Position numbers and translations under genes: made by a program. From the NCBI GenBank assembly GCA_965214095.1, contig OZ243938.1, forward strand, positions 2,880,001-2,944,000: a stretch of DNA of 64,000 nt. The letters run 5' to 3'. The notes beneath the pieces were generated by a model. The model was given only the letters and a program-made list of their open reading frames with translations, searched no databases and had not been told where the DNA came from. Shown piece after piece: positions 9,968 through 21,671 of the stretch. Source of the DNA: Candidatus Poribacteria bacterium. Lineage in GTDB: Bacteria > Poribacteria > WGA-4E > WGA-3G. Each line of letters starts with the position of its first letter. The stretch's first letter is position 1.

Positions 9968-11404
9968 CTAATGCATATCTACAGAAAAAATATAACTCAG
10001 TATTGTCACCAAGATATAAATTGCTACTAATACGACTCCAAATGGACGTTTCAATTGGCTTCCTGAAACGAAGATGCCGATTCGGAAGACGATCAGAATA
10101 ATCACCATTGCAGGAAATAGGAATTGGAAGAATTTGCCTGATGCTTGCAAACCTATAGGTGTCGCAGCCGCAGATACACCCGCAACAAAAAGCACATTCA
10201 GAATGTCCGCACCGATTATGTTGCCGACTGCCAACTCACCATGCCCGCGTCTGACTGCTGTGATCGCTGTTACAAGTTCCGGCAACGATGTACCAAATGC
10301 GACTAGGGTTGCTGCTACAATCTCCTCCGGAACATTAAATCTTATTGCAAGTGTTTTCACTGTTGGGATGAGAATTTGCGCGGAAATAACCACAATTGCA
10401 ATTGATCCGATAAGTTTAAATAGGGTAACAAACGTGCTTGATCTCTTGTGTTCTGTTTCTTCATCATTTTCAGGTTCAGGTTCAGACGTGATTGCACCTG
10501 CCCATCGAATAGATTGCCATATATATAAACCTAATAGAATAACGAAAACAATGCCTATGTATTGATGGAGAGTCCCGCCTTGACTGAATACTTTCGCTGG
10601 AGATGACCAAGGAAAACAGGCTAATACCATGAGAATACCAGCACTCACCTGAACATTGGACAAACGGGATGCTAACTCTCTATTGAACGATAAGGGAGCA
10701 ATCAGTGAAGCCAACCCTAAAATCAATCCTGTATCACATATAATTGATCCAACAGCATTGCCAAGAGCAAGTCCCGGTTCTCCTTGTATAGCCGATAGTA
10801 CGGAAACTGCCGCTTCGGGTGTTGTTGTTCCAATACTTACAATTGTCGCACCGATAACAGCCTTGCCTAACCCCCACTGCGAAGATAACACCACCGCCTC
10901 GTCAACAAGCCAATCTGCCCCTTTGCCGAGTGAAAAAAGACACACTGCAACAATCAATAAAAGTGGCAGGATGTGGACATTTCTTATTCTAAATTCCAAC
11001 CAATCTGCTTTGATAAGTCTTGCAAGTTCTGCGACTGCATCTTTGTCTTGCATCAGACTGTGGAAGTCTACGTCATTGAATATTGCTTGGACTCCGTTAT
11101 CTTCTTTTAAAAGCGTTATGAAGTCTTCATCTATTTTATCTGATATTTCCTTTAAATCTTCAGGGTTCGTAAACAATTGGGTTAGATCTTTCTGGATCAA
11201 TACTGTGTGAATTTCTGGTTCCTTAAATTCTTTTAAAGCATCGGACAGAACATTTTTTATTTTATTCTGTTTTAGTGTTTCCTTGTGACTCTCAAGTATC
11301 TTTTCAACCAAAGAGTCATCTTGGCCGACAGCTGATTGTATGACGAAACTCTGTAAAATACAAAACAATATAATTATACAACTGACATAAGTTCGTTTTT
11401 TCAT
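9968..11404 (-). CDS. Calcium/sodium antiporter (YrbG/CaCA family) with extra N-terminal exported domain
   Basis: Alpha repeats IGTTTPE and FGTSLPE; GNAVGS and GNIIGADILN; about 135 extra N-terminal residues including a signal peptide. Confidence 0.92.
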   Translation of the reverse strand: MKKRTYVSCIIILFCILQSFVIQSAVGQDDSLVEKILESHKETLKQNKIKNVLSDALKEFKEPEIHTVLIQKDLTQLFTNPEDLKEISDKIDEDFITLLKEDNGVQAIFNDVDFHSLMQDKDAVAELARLIKADWLEFRIRNVHILPLLLIVAVCLFSLGKGADWLVDEAVVLSSQWGLGKAVIGATIVSIGTTTPEAAVSVLSAIQGEPGLALGNAVGSIICDTGLILGLASLIAPLSFNRELASRLSNVQVSAGILMVLACFPWSSPAKVFSQGGTLHQYIGIVFVILLGLYIWQSIRWAGAITSEPEPENDEETEHKRSSTFVTLFKLIGSIAIVVISAQILIPTVKTLAIRFNVPEEIVAATLVAFGTSLPELVTAITAVRRGHGELAVGNIIGADILNVLFVAGVSAAATPIGLQASGKFFQFLFPAMVIILIVFRIGIFVSGSQLKRPFGVVLVAIYILVTILSYIFSVDMH

Positions 11405-11427
11405 TACTCCTCCGTGTTAGACTGATG

Positions 11428-11555
11428 ATACCAATTCTAACAAATAAAATAGCATTTATGAGGTCTCTGTAAGATGAATGTCCGAGGCGCAATGAATTGC
11501 GCGACTACAAACCAACTATTTCTTTAATGGTCCGTTCTTAATTAGAAATGGTATA
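11428..11555. mobile_element. Family C element (ATACCAATTCTAA...TTAGAAATGGTAT) carrying REP GTAGTCGCGCAATTCATTGCGCCTC
   Basis: Imperfect terminal inverted repeat; the same REP and right end recur at about 17796-18036 and 49736-49838. Confidence 0.65.
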
Positions 11556-11616
11556 AGACATTCTGTGCAAGACAAAGGCGGGGTACAGAGACCCCGCCCT
11601 ACAATCAAATACTGGT

Positions 11617-13824
<2,208 letters not shown>

Positions 13825-13862
13825 CTACATTCTTACTCATCTATTCTTTGAAGTATTCTTCT

Positions 13863-13938
13863 ATTAAGGGCTATTAAGGGTATCCTTAATCAACATTGTA
13901 GGTTTATTAATTATACTTGTTATTGACCTTAATATCAA
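13863..13938 (-). promoter_or_regulatory. sigma70-type promoter of katG with repeated ATTAAGG operator-like half-sites
   Basis: Minus strand TTGATA(13938-13933)-N17-TATAAT(13915-13910); palindrome ATTAAGG-N4-CCTTAAT at 13873-13890. Confidence 0.65.
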
Positions 13939-13992
13939 GTATTTACTTTTTTGGGAGGGTGTGTAAAGTTTTTGCACCATAAACGTTAATTT

Positions 13993-14085
13993 GTCTGAAC
14001 CAAGATTTTCAGGATTAGTAGATTTACAGGATTGTGAGTCTGAAGTTTCAGAGTGCTTTGATAGGATGAGCGGCTCCGATGTTGA
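13993..14085 (+). repeat. Family A dispersed repeat
   Basis: Matches the 7121 and 9792 copies. Confidence 0.85.
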
Positions 14086-14117
14086 TAAACAACATCCAAG
14101 CGGTTTTGAAACGATTA

Positions 14118-17100
14118 TTATTTCTGTGGTATTGCCTTATTGATTGTTAAATCATCAAAAGGTTGTCCGTTTTTGTCCGTAATGCGGAGGATAAAAGCAC
14201 ATGCGCCTTCAACATTACACACCTTCACGAGGATACTGTTCTTACCTTGTTTGAGTGTGACAGGAATGATATATGTATCAAGTCTAACAGCAAAGGTTTT
14301 AGTATGTGTGAATTCCTCTTTGCCGTTTAGCCATAATTTTCCTTGGTCGTCACTATCAAACCTTAGTTGGACTTCACGTTCATCAGGTGAGATAACGGTA
14401 GCGAAGGTGTAGAAGACTTGCCAATCAACATTCTTTTCACCGAGATGGATATAACCGTTTAACCCTGTATCGTTGAACTTTTTCCAACTGACTGGTCCAT
14501 TCTGTCCATCATATTTTGTAGTGAGGTCAATTTCCGTGATGTCTTCGGGTATGTATACAGTATCAAAGCCGGTCCCGCCTGCGTTGTCAAACGGACCAAG
14601 TTCCATCCATGCATCTTCTGTTATGAAACCAGTTTTTTGAATATGCTCATCTGCCTGTTCATGCAGACCATATTCACGATAATATTCGGCTAAACCGAAA
14701 TGTGTACCAATCCAAAGTCTCAGGCTATTGGGTTGATTTGGGTCAAGTTCAGCAATCATATTATCAATTTTTTGGATATACATATCTGCCTTTTCATTTA
14801 TGCCGTTATCCCGATAATATGTAATTAGACTGAGGTAGGCATTTAACTGAAGACTTAGACTTTCTGTCGTAAGGTTTCTCATTAGGATATCTATTTTCTC
14901 AATATGCTCATCTGCTTTCTCATCCATTCCATTATCGTGATAGAATTTAGCGAGAACAAGGTGTGCATTCAATTGGATGCTCCGACTATCTGCAAATGCG
15001 TCAATCAATTTATTTACCATGTCAGCGAAACCTTCTTTACCTTCAATATCTTTACCGATTTTGCCAATTCTTGCGAATAAATGACGGTGAAAACTTGGTG
15101 GTGTAATGACATTCTGTCCTCTCTGATAATCTGCAGCGGATAAGTATTTCACAAATTCCCCATACGCGTGTTCATACCATTCATTAGCGAGATATATCTC
15201 ACCGTTCCACAGGACATGATCAGAGATTTTTGGCTTTTGTGCTGAATGTTCAAGGATTTGTAACACATTTTCAGGTGATTGTTCTTCAGTGGCAGGGTTC
15301 ACATTAGGTTTAAGTTCTTGATTCTCTGCGTATGCATTCCTGATTACTTGATCCCAATCCCACAGTAGAATATTACCGCCTCCAACACTGAGAAGCGTCT
15401 TATGATCTGGTAAAAATATCAAATCTCCCACAGCCACGGAATGTCCATCAAGTGTGATAAGTTTATCTCCGGTCGCTACATCCCACAACCGAATTTTCCC
15501 ACCCCAGTAACCGACAATAAGTACTTTATTATCTGGTGAAAAGATAAATGTATCTCCATCTTCTTCTTCAGAAAAAAGCAATTCCTTAAAGTGAGGTTGT
15601 TTCGCTCTTCCTATGATACGTATCCGTTTCGTACTGCGGACAGCAATTAACGAACTGTCTGAAGAAAATACAAACTGATGTATAGGTTCTCGTTTTTTAT
15701 CGTTATCTGTCAATTCTGGAAAGAAAGAACTTAACTCCGTTCCAGTTTCCGTATCCCACAGTTGTACATGTCCACCTGATGTACCACTGACAATCCTCTC
15801 CCCATCTGGTGAAAATTCTACAGTTCTGATAAAAGGTTTGTCTTCATCGGAATCTTCATCAATGTCTGAGGTAATTATTTCACGTTTTTCACCGGTTTCT
15901 ATATTCAACAAGTAGATTTTATTGACAGCACCTTGTGCTAAGATTTTTCCATCAGGCGAAAACACCTCTCCAACACCCCATGGGAAAGACTTTAGTTCAC
16001 GTCCTGTGTTAACATCATTCAGACGTAGTACCCAATCATTAAAGTGTGGCTTAGTCGGGTCGGTTTGTTTACCGTGATTGAGCAGTTTGGTTCCATCTGG
16101 TGTGAACACATACGTTCTGTAAGTATTCCAATACAAATGTCCCTCAAGTACTGCTTTGATTATAGAAGTTGTTTTTTGAGTATTCTTCAGATCCCAAACA
16201 GTGATTATACCTTTGTTTGATACACTCACAAAACTTGTTCCATCATTTAATGCAGCTGTCGATCTTATCCACATGTGTCCAGTAATTTTGTTCTGTACTG
16301 GTCTTCTTGTCTCAATATCCCAAAATCGGACTGTACCATCGGCACTCCCGCTTGCGAGTGTTTTGCCATCTGGTGAAAAAGTTAATTGTTCAACAATGCT
16401 GAGATGACCTGTGAAGGTAGCAATAAATTCCCCTGTAAGACTGTTCCACAATTTGATAGTACTATCTTCACTACCACAAGCAAGCAGTGAACCGTCTGGA
16501 GAGAATGCCAATGAAGACGGTCTACTGTTCCTCTCGTTCTTCATAGGGTTTCCTACGATCTCTTTTCCATTTTCCGTTGATACACTCCACATGTTCCCTT
16601 CTATAGGCTTTTGTAGAACAATTAACTCTGCTCCTGTGGTTGTATCCCATATTTGTACTGTAGTATCCAGATTTCCAGTAGCGAGTTTTGTTCTGTCTGA
16701 AGAGAATTCCATAGTCAGTGCTTTGTTTGTCTTAGTGAAATAATTAGGCAAACTAACTTCTTTCCCAAATTTCCTAAACGTTGTTAACTTCTTACCTGTC
16801 GTAGTGTCCCACAACTCAATTTTTCCATCATTACTTCCGATAGCGATTCTATCTTCTGTAAGTGCGTAACTTTCAAGGTGCATGTATCCAGGTCTTTTTC
16901 CCAGATTTGTCGTTATCGTCTCTCCAGTTTCTACATCAATCCAATATATGTTTTCTCTTGACATGCTGAGACATACAAGCGTTTTGCTATCATTTGTGAA
17001 CCGCAACGTTTTCGCAGGAGGCAACTCATCTTGTAACGCTACTTTTCTCCCTGTAGTAACTTCCCGTATTTCAATTCCTGTTTCAAGCGGACTCCCACCA

Positions 17101-17639
17101 AAACTGGTGACTGGGTCTCCACCAGCAGATGCCATAAAGCGACCATCAGGTGAATACGCAATTGCTCTACTCATTCCGAGTAATAATGAAATCTCTTCAC
17201 CTGTTGCCACATCGTAAATCCAGACACCGGTATTACTACCCACTACCATTTGTCTGCCATCTGGTGAAAACTGAATTGTTCCCAGTCCTCCCTTTCCCAG
17301 ACGCATTTTCGCTCCTTTTGGCAGATTCCATTGTGGATAATTCTCCATTTTATTTTCTTCATCTGCGTCTACAGATGGTGGTTGTGTATTATCAGGTTGT
17401 TTTTTAGTAACAGGATTTTCTTGTTGCGCGAAAGCATTTCCTTGGAATAGTGCAAAATTATTGCCTTTTCCAAAACCTAACATCATTAACACTACCACGC
17501 AGGAAACGGTAGCGGTTAACCATGGGACAAATGGATTACTTGTAGATGGGGCAACAGGTTTTGTTTGTGAAATCTCACACATGATTTTGTCAGTAAGATT
17601 TGGTGTGATTTTGAATTTTGCTAATGCTTTTCTTATCAT
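14118..17639 (-). CDS. Membrane-anchored WD40 repeat protein with helical region and C-terminal 'LGPFDN' beta-sandwich-like domain; probably 5'-truncated
   Basis: TM segment near residues 37-57, LPKGAKMRLGKG cap and WD40 repeats; the C-terminal domain is homologous to those of 40527-49724 and 49977-52102. Confidence 0.85.
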   Translation of the reverse strand: MIRKALAKFKITPNLTDKIMCEISQTKPVAPSTSNPFVPWLTATVSCVVVLMMLGFGKGNNFALFQGNAFAQQENPVTKKQPDNTQPPSVDADEENKMENYPQWNLPKGAKMRLGKGGLGTIQFSPDGRQMVVGSNTGVWIYDVATGEEISLLLGMSRAIAYSPDGRFMASAGGDPVTSFGGSPLETGIEIREVTTGRKVALQDELPPAKTLRFTNDSKTLVCLSMSRENIYWIDVETGETITTNLGKRPGYMHLESYALTEDRIAIGSNDGKIELWDTTTGKKLTTFRKFGKEVSLPNYFTKTNKALTMEFSSDRTKLATGNLDTTVQIWDTTTGAELIVLQKPIEGNMWSVSTENGKEIVGNPMKNERNSRPSSLAFSPDGSLLACGSEDSTIKLWNSLTGEFIATFTGHLSIVEQLTFSPDGKTLASGSADGTVRFWDIETRRPVQNKITGHMWIRSTAALNDGTSFVSVSNKGIITVWDLKNTQKTTSIIKAVLEGHLYWNTYRTYVFTPDGTKLLNHGKQTDPTKPHFNDWVLRLNDVNTGRELKSFPWGVGEVFSPDGKILAQGAVNKIYLLNIETGEKREIITSDIDEDSDEDKPFIRTVEFSPDGERIVSGTSGGHVQLWDTETGTELSSFFPELTDNDKKREPIHQFVFSSDSSLIAVRSTKRIRIIGRAKQPHFKELLFSEEEDGDTFIFSPDNKVLIVGYWGGKIRLWDVATGDKLITLDGHSVAVGDLIFLPDHKTLLSVGGGNILLWDWDQVIRNAYAENQELKPNVNPATEEQSPENVLQILEHSAQKPKISDHVLWNGEIYLANEWYEHAYGEFVKYLSAADYQRGQNVITPPSFHRHLFARIGKIGKDIEGKEGFADMVNKLIDAFADSRSIQLNAHLVLAKFYHDNGMDEKADEHIEKIDILMRNLTTESLSLQLNAYLSLITYYRDNGINEKADMYIQKIDNMIAELDPNQPNSLRLWIGTHFGLAEYYREYGLHEQADEHIQKTGFITEDAWMELGPFDNAGGTGFDTVYIPEDITEIDLTTKYDGQNGPVSWKKFNDTGLNGYIHLGEKNVDWQVFYTFATVISPDEREVQLRFDSDDQGKLWLNGKEEFTHTKTFAVRLDTYIIPVTLKQGKNSILVKVCNVEGACAFILRITDKNGQPFDDLTINKAIPQK

Positions 17640-17842
17640 GGTTCGTGCTTCCTCAAACTTTGTTTTTTGGGGTTAAGGTGACTGTATACGGTCTATGTTA
17701 GTATACGTAGAACTCACCTTTTGTCTGAATCGCGGAATAAGAGGTGTCTCACAGTTTTGGTCAACATGGGTGATTATATGGTAGATTTCAGAGCAAATGT
17801 AAGAGGCGCAATGAATTGCGCGACTACGAACGTGTTTTTTGT

Positions 17843-18008
17843 TATAGTTAAAACCGTAATTATTTACACACTACGGTAGGTTCGGTTTCCTAACCGAACC
17901 GGTGTTTGTTCAGTCTCGTAGTCAGGCAGAATGCGCGTATGGCATTCTGCATTGGTTAGTAAACCGCATCTACTGGGAAGTGTGCACGGATTTTTACATT
18001 TCGCTATA
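17843..18008 (+). mobile_element. Family B MITE with an extra REP-like hairpin, nested in a family C element
   Basis: Aligns to 9282-9419 with an added GCAGAATGC...GCATTCTGC hairpin; flanked by the family C REP (17803-17827) and right end (about 18024-18036). Confidence 0.75.
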
Positions 18009-18057
18009 ATGAGAATCGATCAATTAGAAATGGTATTATATATGTATTGAAAAAGCA

Positions 18058-18137
18058 AAGGTGCTGCCTAACAAATGGTATGGTATAGTGCTGATGATTG
18101 CAGCTTCCACCTATCAATTGTTATTAGACAACACCTT
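18058..18137 (-). terminator. Long imperfect stem-loop 3' of the ferredoxin cluster
   Basis: Minus-strand AAGGTGTTGTCTAA pairs with TTAGGCAGCACCTT (14 bp, two G-U pairs), followed by TGCTTTTT. Confidence 0.55.
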
Positions 18138-18172
18138 AGTTTTGACTTACATTCTGTCAATTCGGTGTTATT

Positions 18173-18436
18173 TTACTCGAAATAGTCAGCGTTGATTTCA
18201 ATGAAATGCTCCCATTCCTCTGGAACATCTTCTTCCATGAAGATAGCCTCAACGGGACATTCCGGTTCACACACGCCACAATCGATGCATTCTTCGGGAT
18301 CAATATAGAGCATTTCAACTTCTTCAAAGTCGTCAGGTGCATCTGTTGGATGTGGGTGAATGCAATCTACTGGACACACATCAACACAAGAACTGTCTTT
18401 TTCGTCAATGCAAGGTTCGCAAATTACATAGGTCAT
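18173..18436 (-). CDS. 7Fe-type ([3Fe-4S]+[4Fe-4S]) ferredoxin, copy 3
   Basis: C-X7-C-X3-CP and CxxCxxCxxxCP motifs; FdxA-like MTYVI...YIDPEECIDCGVCEPECPVEAIF; RBS AGGAG. Confidence 0.93.
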   Translation of the reverse strand: MTYVICEPCIDEKDSSCVDVCPVDCIHPHPTDAPDDFEEVEMLYIDPEECIDCGVCEPECPVEAIFMEEDVPEEWEHFIEINADYFE

Positions 18437-18478
18437 ATTGTAGTTCTCCTTTCAAGTGATATAAGATAATTTTTTCAC

Positions 18479-18757
18479 TTAAACACTGGGTTGTTGTTCG
18501 TAATAATCAGCGTTTATTTTTATGTAATGCTCCCATTTTTCGGGAACATCCTCATCAAGAAATATAGCCTCCACAGGACATTCCAGTTCACACACGCCAC
18601 ATTCAATACATGTATCCGGGTCAATAAAGAGTTGGTTTACACCTTCAAAATCGTCTGCTTCATACTCAGGGATTGGTCTTATGGATTCACAGGGGCAGAC
18701 ATCTACACAAGAAGCGTCTTTTTCGTCAATACAAGGTTCACAAATTACATAAGTCAC
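18479..18757 (-). CDS. 7Fe-type ferredoxin, copy 2
   Basis: Same motifs; CPCESI replaces CPVDCI; GTG start with AGGAG RBS. Confidence 0.92.
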   Translation of the reverse strand: MTYVICEPCIDEKDASCVDVCPCESIRPIPEYEADDFEGVNQLFIDPDTCIECGVCELECPVEAIFLDEDVPEKWEHYIKINADYYEQQPSV

Positions 18758-18809
18758 TGTGTGCTCTCCTATTATTATATACTATTTTCCTAATTTGTCA
18801 AATAAATGT

Positions 18810-19076
18810 TTATTCTTGAAAGTAATCAGCGTTTATTTCTATGAAATGTTCCCACTCTTCTGGCACTTCATCATCTACAAAAATTGCTTCAACAGGACAT
18901 TCTGGAACACAAGCATGGCAGTCAATGCATTCTTCTGGGTCAATGTAAAGTTGTTCTACTTCTTCAAATTTGTCTGGGTCTCCATCTTTCATTGGGTGAA
19001 TGCACTCAACTGGACACACCTCAGCACAAATATGGTCTTTTACGTCAATACATGGTTCGCAAATTACATAAGTCAT
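18810..19076 (-). CDS. 7Fe-type ferredoxin, copy 1
   Basis: Same motifs (CIDCHACVPECP); RBS AGGAG. Confidence 0.93.
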   Translation of the reverse strand: MTYVICEPCIDVKDHICAEVCPVECIHPMKDGDPDKFEEVEQLYIDPEECIDCHACVPECPVEAIFVDDEVPEEWEHFIEINADYFQE

Positions 19077-19169
19077 TTTCTATTCTCCTTTTATATGTTT
19101 GCTAATTACATTCGTTTATATTAGGTTGAATTCTGCATGCGATTATTTCCGACAAGGCAATGTATATGT

Positions 19170-19913
19170 TCAAATCAGTGGTAGAGCAGTATTCACTTGA
19201 GCAGAATGCCAATGTAATTTCTTGTTCTCAACGTCATTAGAGTAAGTATAACCACCTTGAACAAAACGGATACCTACCATTATCTCTAACCGCATAGCAA
19301 TTTCCTTCACCTCGGCGATATCTATTTCCACGTCTTTATCTTTCTCAACAAAAAAACCATTATGGAGTAAGCGGACTTGTAACCCATGTTCTTTCAGTGA
19401 AGTTGCCAGACGATTTGCTAATGTTTCTACATCAGAATACTGAAGTTCAGCACCGTCTTTCTGATTATATAAACTAAATCCGTTATGACGCACTTCAACG
19501 TGTAAACCTTCTTTTTCTACCAGCAATTCCAGTTGGGTCATATCCTCATCACGATAGATGATTCCCTCATTTGCCAAAACTTGCAATTCATACTCACGAT
19601 CAACTACTTTCAAGGGAAGTGTCCGTTCTGCGATTAAGGATGTGAGTATTTCCTTTATTTCTGGTGCACGATGTGTTTCTAATGCAAGACAAGTTATCGC
19701 ATCTTCCATATTGGACGTAGTTCTTCCAACGGAAATAGAATGACTCTTTCCACAACCGTTCATCCATTGCTTTATTATTTTGTCCATACCTTCTTGTGTT
19801 TCTTGAAAAGCATTGTCACTAACCAATTGTGGACCACTATTATAAGCAACGATTGATAGTCCAAGTTCATTGATTAGATTGTCTATTACTTTTTTGACAT
19901 CATTTGGATTCAT
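19170..19913 (-). CDS. Hypothetical protein, 'MNPNDVK' paralog 4 (247 aa)
   Basis: RBS GAGGA; aligns end-to-end with 20870-21613; HNGF motifs and IAEVKE.A.RL...GI C-terminal segment. Confidence 0.85.
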   Translation of the reverse strand: MNPNDVKKVIDNLINELGLSIVAYNSGPQLVSDNAFQETQEGMDKIIKQWMNGCGKSHSISVGRTTSNMEDAITCLALETHRAPEIKEILTSLIAERTLPLKVVDREYELQVLANEGIIYRDEDMTQLELLVEKEGLHVEVRHNGFSLYNQKDGAELQYSDVETLANRLATSLKEHGLQVRLLHNGFFVEKDKDVEIDIAEVKEIAMRLEIMVGIRFVQGGYTYSNDVENKKLHWHSAQVNTALPLI

Positions 19914-19945
19914 GGTTCGTCCTCTTGCTGCAAAGTTTGTTTCGT

Positions 19946-20782
19946 TTAATAAGGGCGCGAAGTAAAGAGAGTTACAGTATTCCAGTTTATTTCAGATGTC
20001 CATTCGGGTTTTACATCCTTTTCAGGCCCCATACCATAACCACTTGCGGAGTATGCAATACCTGTCATTAACATTAAACGGGATGCCAATTCCTTTACCT
20101 CCGCGATATCTACTTCATCTTCTTGGTTCTTCTCTAAATTGAAACCATTCTGAATTAATCTCACTTGCGTTCCGGACTTTTCTATTACCGAATGCAAACG
20201 ATCTACTATTTTCTGAACCTTTGAGAATTGGATGTCAGGAGAACCATTCTCTGTTCGCGTTAAATCAAAACCACCATGGTAAACTGGAACGTTTATGTCT
20301 TCTTTTTTAAGTAAGGTTTCTAATTCAATCATTTCCTCATCACGGTAGTTCTTTACATCAGCAAGAATAAACACATGAAACCCACGATAGAATATTTCAA
20401 GTGGTAAATCTCGTTCTGCAATTAAGGTTTTCAAGATCTCCCTCACTTCTGAAATTCGTTGTGTGTCTGAAGCGAAGTATTCTATTTCTTCACAAATCTC
20501 AGATATAGTTTTTCCTATAGAGATATGGTGGTTTCTATGGTTTTTGTATAAACCGAAAAATTCCCTAGTCTTAGCAAACCATTCTTGCACTGCTTGAGGA
20601 ATTTCGTCGTTTTCATCTCTATCCAGATCCATCCACAGTTGAAGTATATTCTCCAGCCGTTCTCTTGAAACTACCGATTCGTCTTTGCTCACCAATAAAG
20701 GACCGCAATTGAACAGTGTAACGGGTAAGGCAAAATCGCTAATTGAAGATTTCAGTAATTTCTTAACATCATTTGGATTCAT
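19946..20782 (-). CDS. Hypothetical protein, 'MNPNDVK' paralog 3 (278 aa, with an insertion of about 30 aa)
   Basis: RBS GAGGA; shared motifs LIAERDLPL, YRDEEM, YHGGF and IAEVKELA.RL. Confidence 0.85.
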   Translation of the reverse strand: MNPNDVKKLLKSSISDFALPVTLFNCGPLLVSKDESVVSRERLENILQLWMDLDRDENDEIPQAVQEWFAKTREFFGLYKNHRNHHISIGKTISEICEEIEYFASDTQRISEVREILKTLIAERDLPLEIFYRGFHVFILADVKNYRDEEMIELETLLKKEDINVPVYHGGFDLTRTENGSPDIQFSKVQKIVDRLHSVIEKSGTQVRLIQNGFNLEKNQEDEVDIAEVKELASRLMLMTGIAYSASGYGMGPEKDVKPEWTSEINWNTVTLFTSRPY

Positions 20783-20839
20783 GGTTTATCCTCTTTTGAT
20801 AGATTGTTGTTCTTAAGCTTTGAGTCGTTCAGATCAACA

Positions 20840-20868
20840 TGAATGTGAATTCCGTACCTGAGTTGACA
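20840..20868 (-). promoter_or_regulatory. Weaker candidate ECF promoter (GTCAAC-N16-CATTCA)
   Basis: Same AAC-N16-CATTC geometry as the two strong copies; intergenic, upstream of paralog 3. Confidence 0.4.
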
Positions 20869-20869
20869 A

Positions 20870-21613
20870 CTATGGCAAAGCAGTATTTATATCTGCATGT
20901 GTCCAGTGGATTTTTGTATCCAAGCCTGGCACTTTGTACCCGTAGTCTCCTTGGATATATCGGATACCTACCATAACACCTAATCGATATGTGAGTTCCT
21001 TCACTTCTGCAATCTCTATTGCGTCTTCTTGACTTTTGATCAGTTTAAAACCATCATGGAGTAAATATACATGTAGTCCGTGTCTTACCAAAAGAGACGC
21101 GAGATGATTTGCCAATGTATTGACTGCCGACAACATTACCTCAGGTCTATCTTCCTTCTGGCGTAAACTAAAGCCGCTATGACGTACTGGAATATCTAAA
21201 CCTTCCTCCTCCAAATATGTTTCCAGTGTTATCATATTTTCACTCCGATAGTCTATCCCTTCATCAGTTAGAATTTCTAATCGAAAACCTCTATCAACAA
21301 CAGTCAAAGGCAGTGCTTGCTCAGCAATTAGAGATTTCAATATATCCCATACCTCTGTTGTGCGATGTGTGTCTAAAGCAAGACACTTTGTTGCATCATC
21401 TCTCTTTTGCATAGGCAGTCCTACAGAAATGACCCAACTACAGTTATGTTTATTAGACCAGAAATTTAACAGATTCTTTACTCGTGATCGAGTTGAATAA
21501 CTTCCTGGACCGAAAATCAAAACAGGTCCATTGTGAGAAACAGACACATGGATAGGTAGATTGAGTTCAGCGATTAGAGTGTTTACAATTTCATAAACCT
21601 TGTTTGGATTCAC
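20870..21613 (-). CDS. Hypothetical protein, 'MNPNDVK' paralog 2 (247 aa)
   Basis: GTG start with AGGAG RBS; CLALDTHR, RHSGF, LHDGF and IAEVKEL motifs. Confidence 0.85.
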   Translation of the reverse strand: MNPNKVYEIVNTLIAELNLPIHVSVSHNGPVLIFGPGSYSTRSRVKNLLNFWSNKHNCSWVISVGLPMQKRDDATKCLALDTHRTTEVWDILKSLIAEQALPLTVVDRGFRLEILTDEGIDYRSENMITLETYLEEEGLDIPVRHSGFSLRQKEDRPEVMLSAVNTLANHLASLLVRHGLHVYLLHDGFKLIKSQEDAIEIAEVKELTYRLGVMVGIRYIQGDYGYKVPGLDTKIHWTHADINTALP

Positions 21614-21671
21614 AATTCTGTCTCCTTTCTTTCAATCAGCATTGTTGTCAAATTTAGTGATACAGATCAAT

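Noticed and set aside
13826-13838. TACATTCTTACTC near katG, matching the -10 half of the ECF motif
   Set aside because: It is on the strand opposite katG and has no TGTAAC 16 nt upstream, so it is not evidence that katG is in the ECF regulon.
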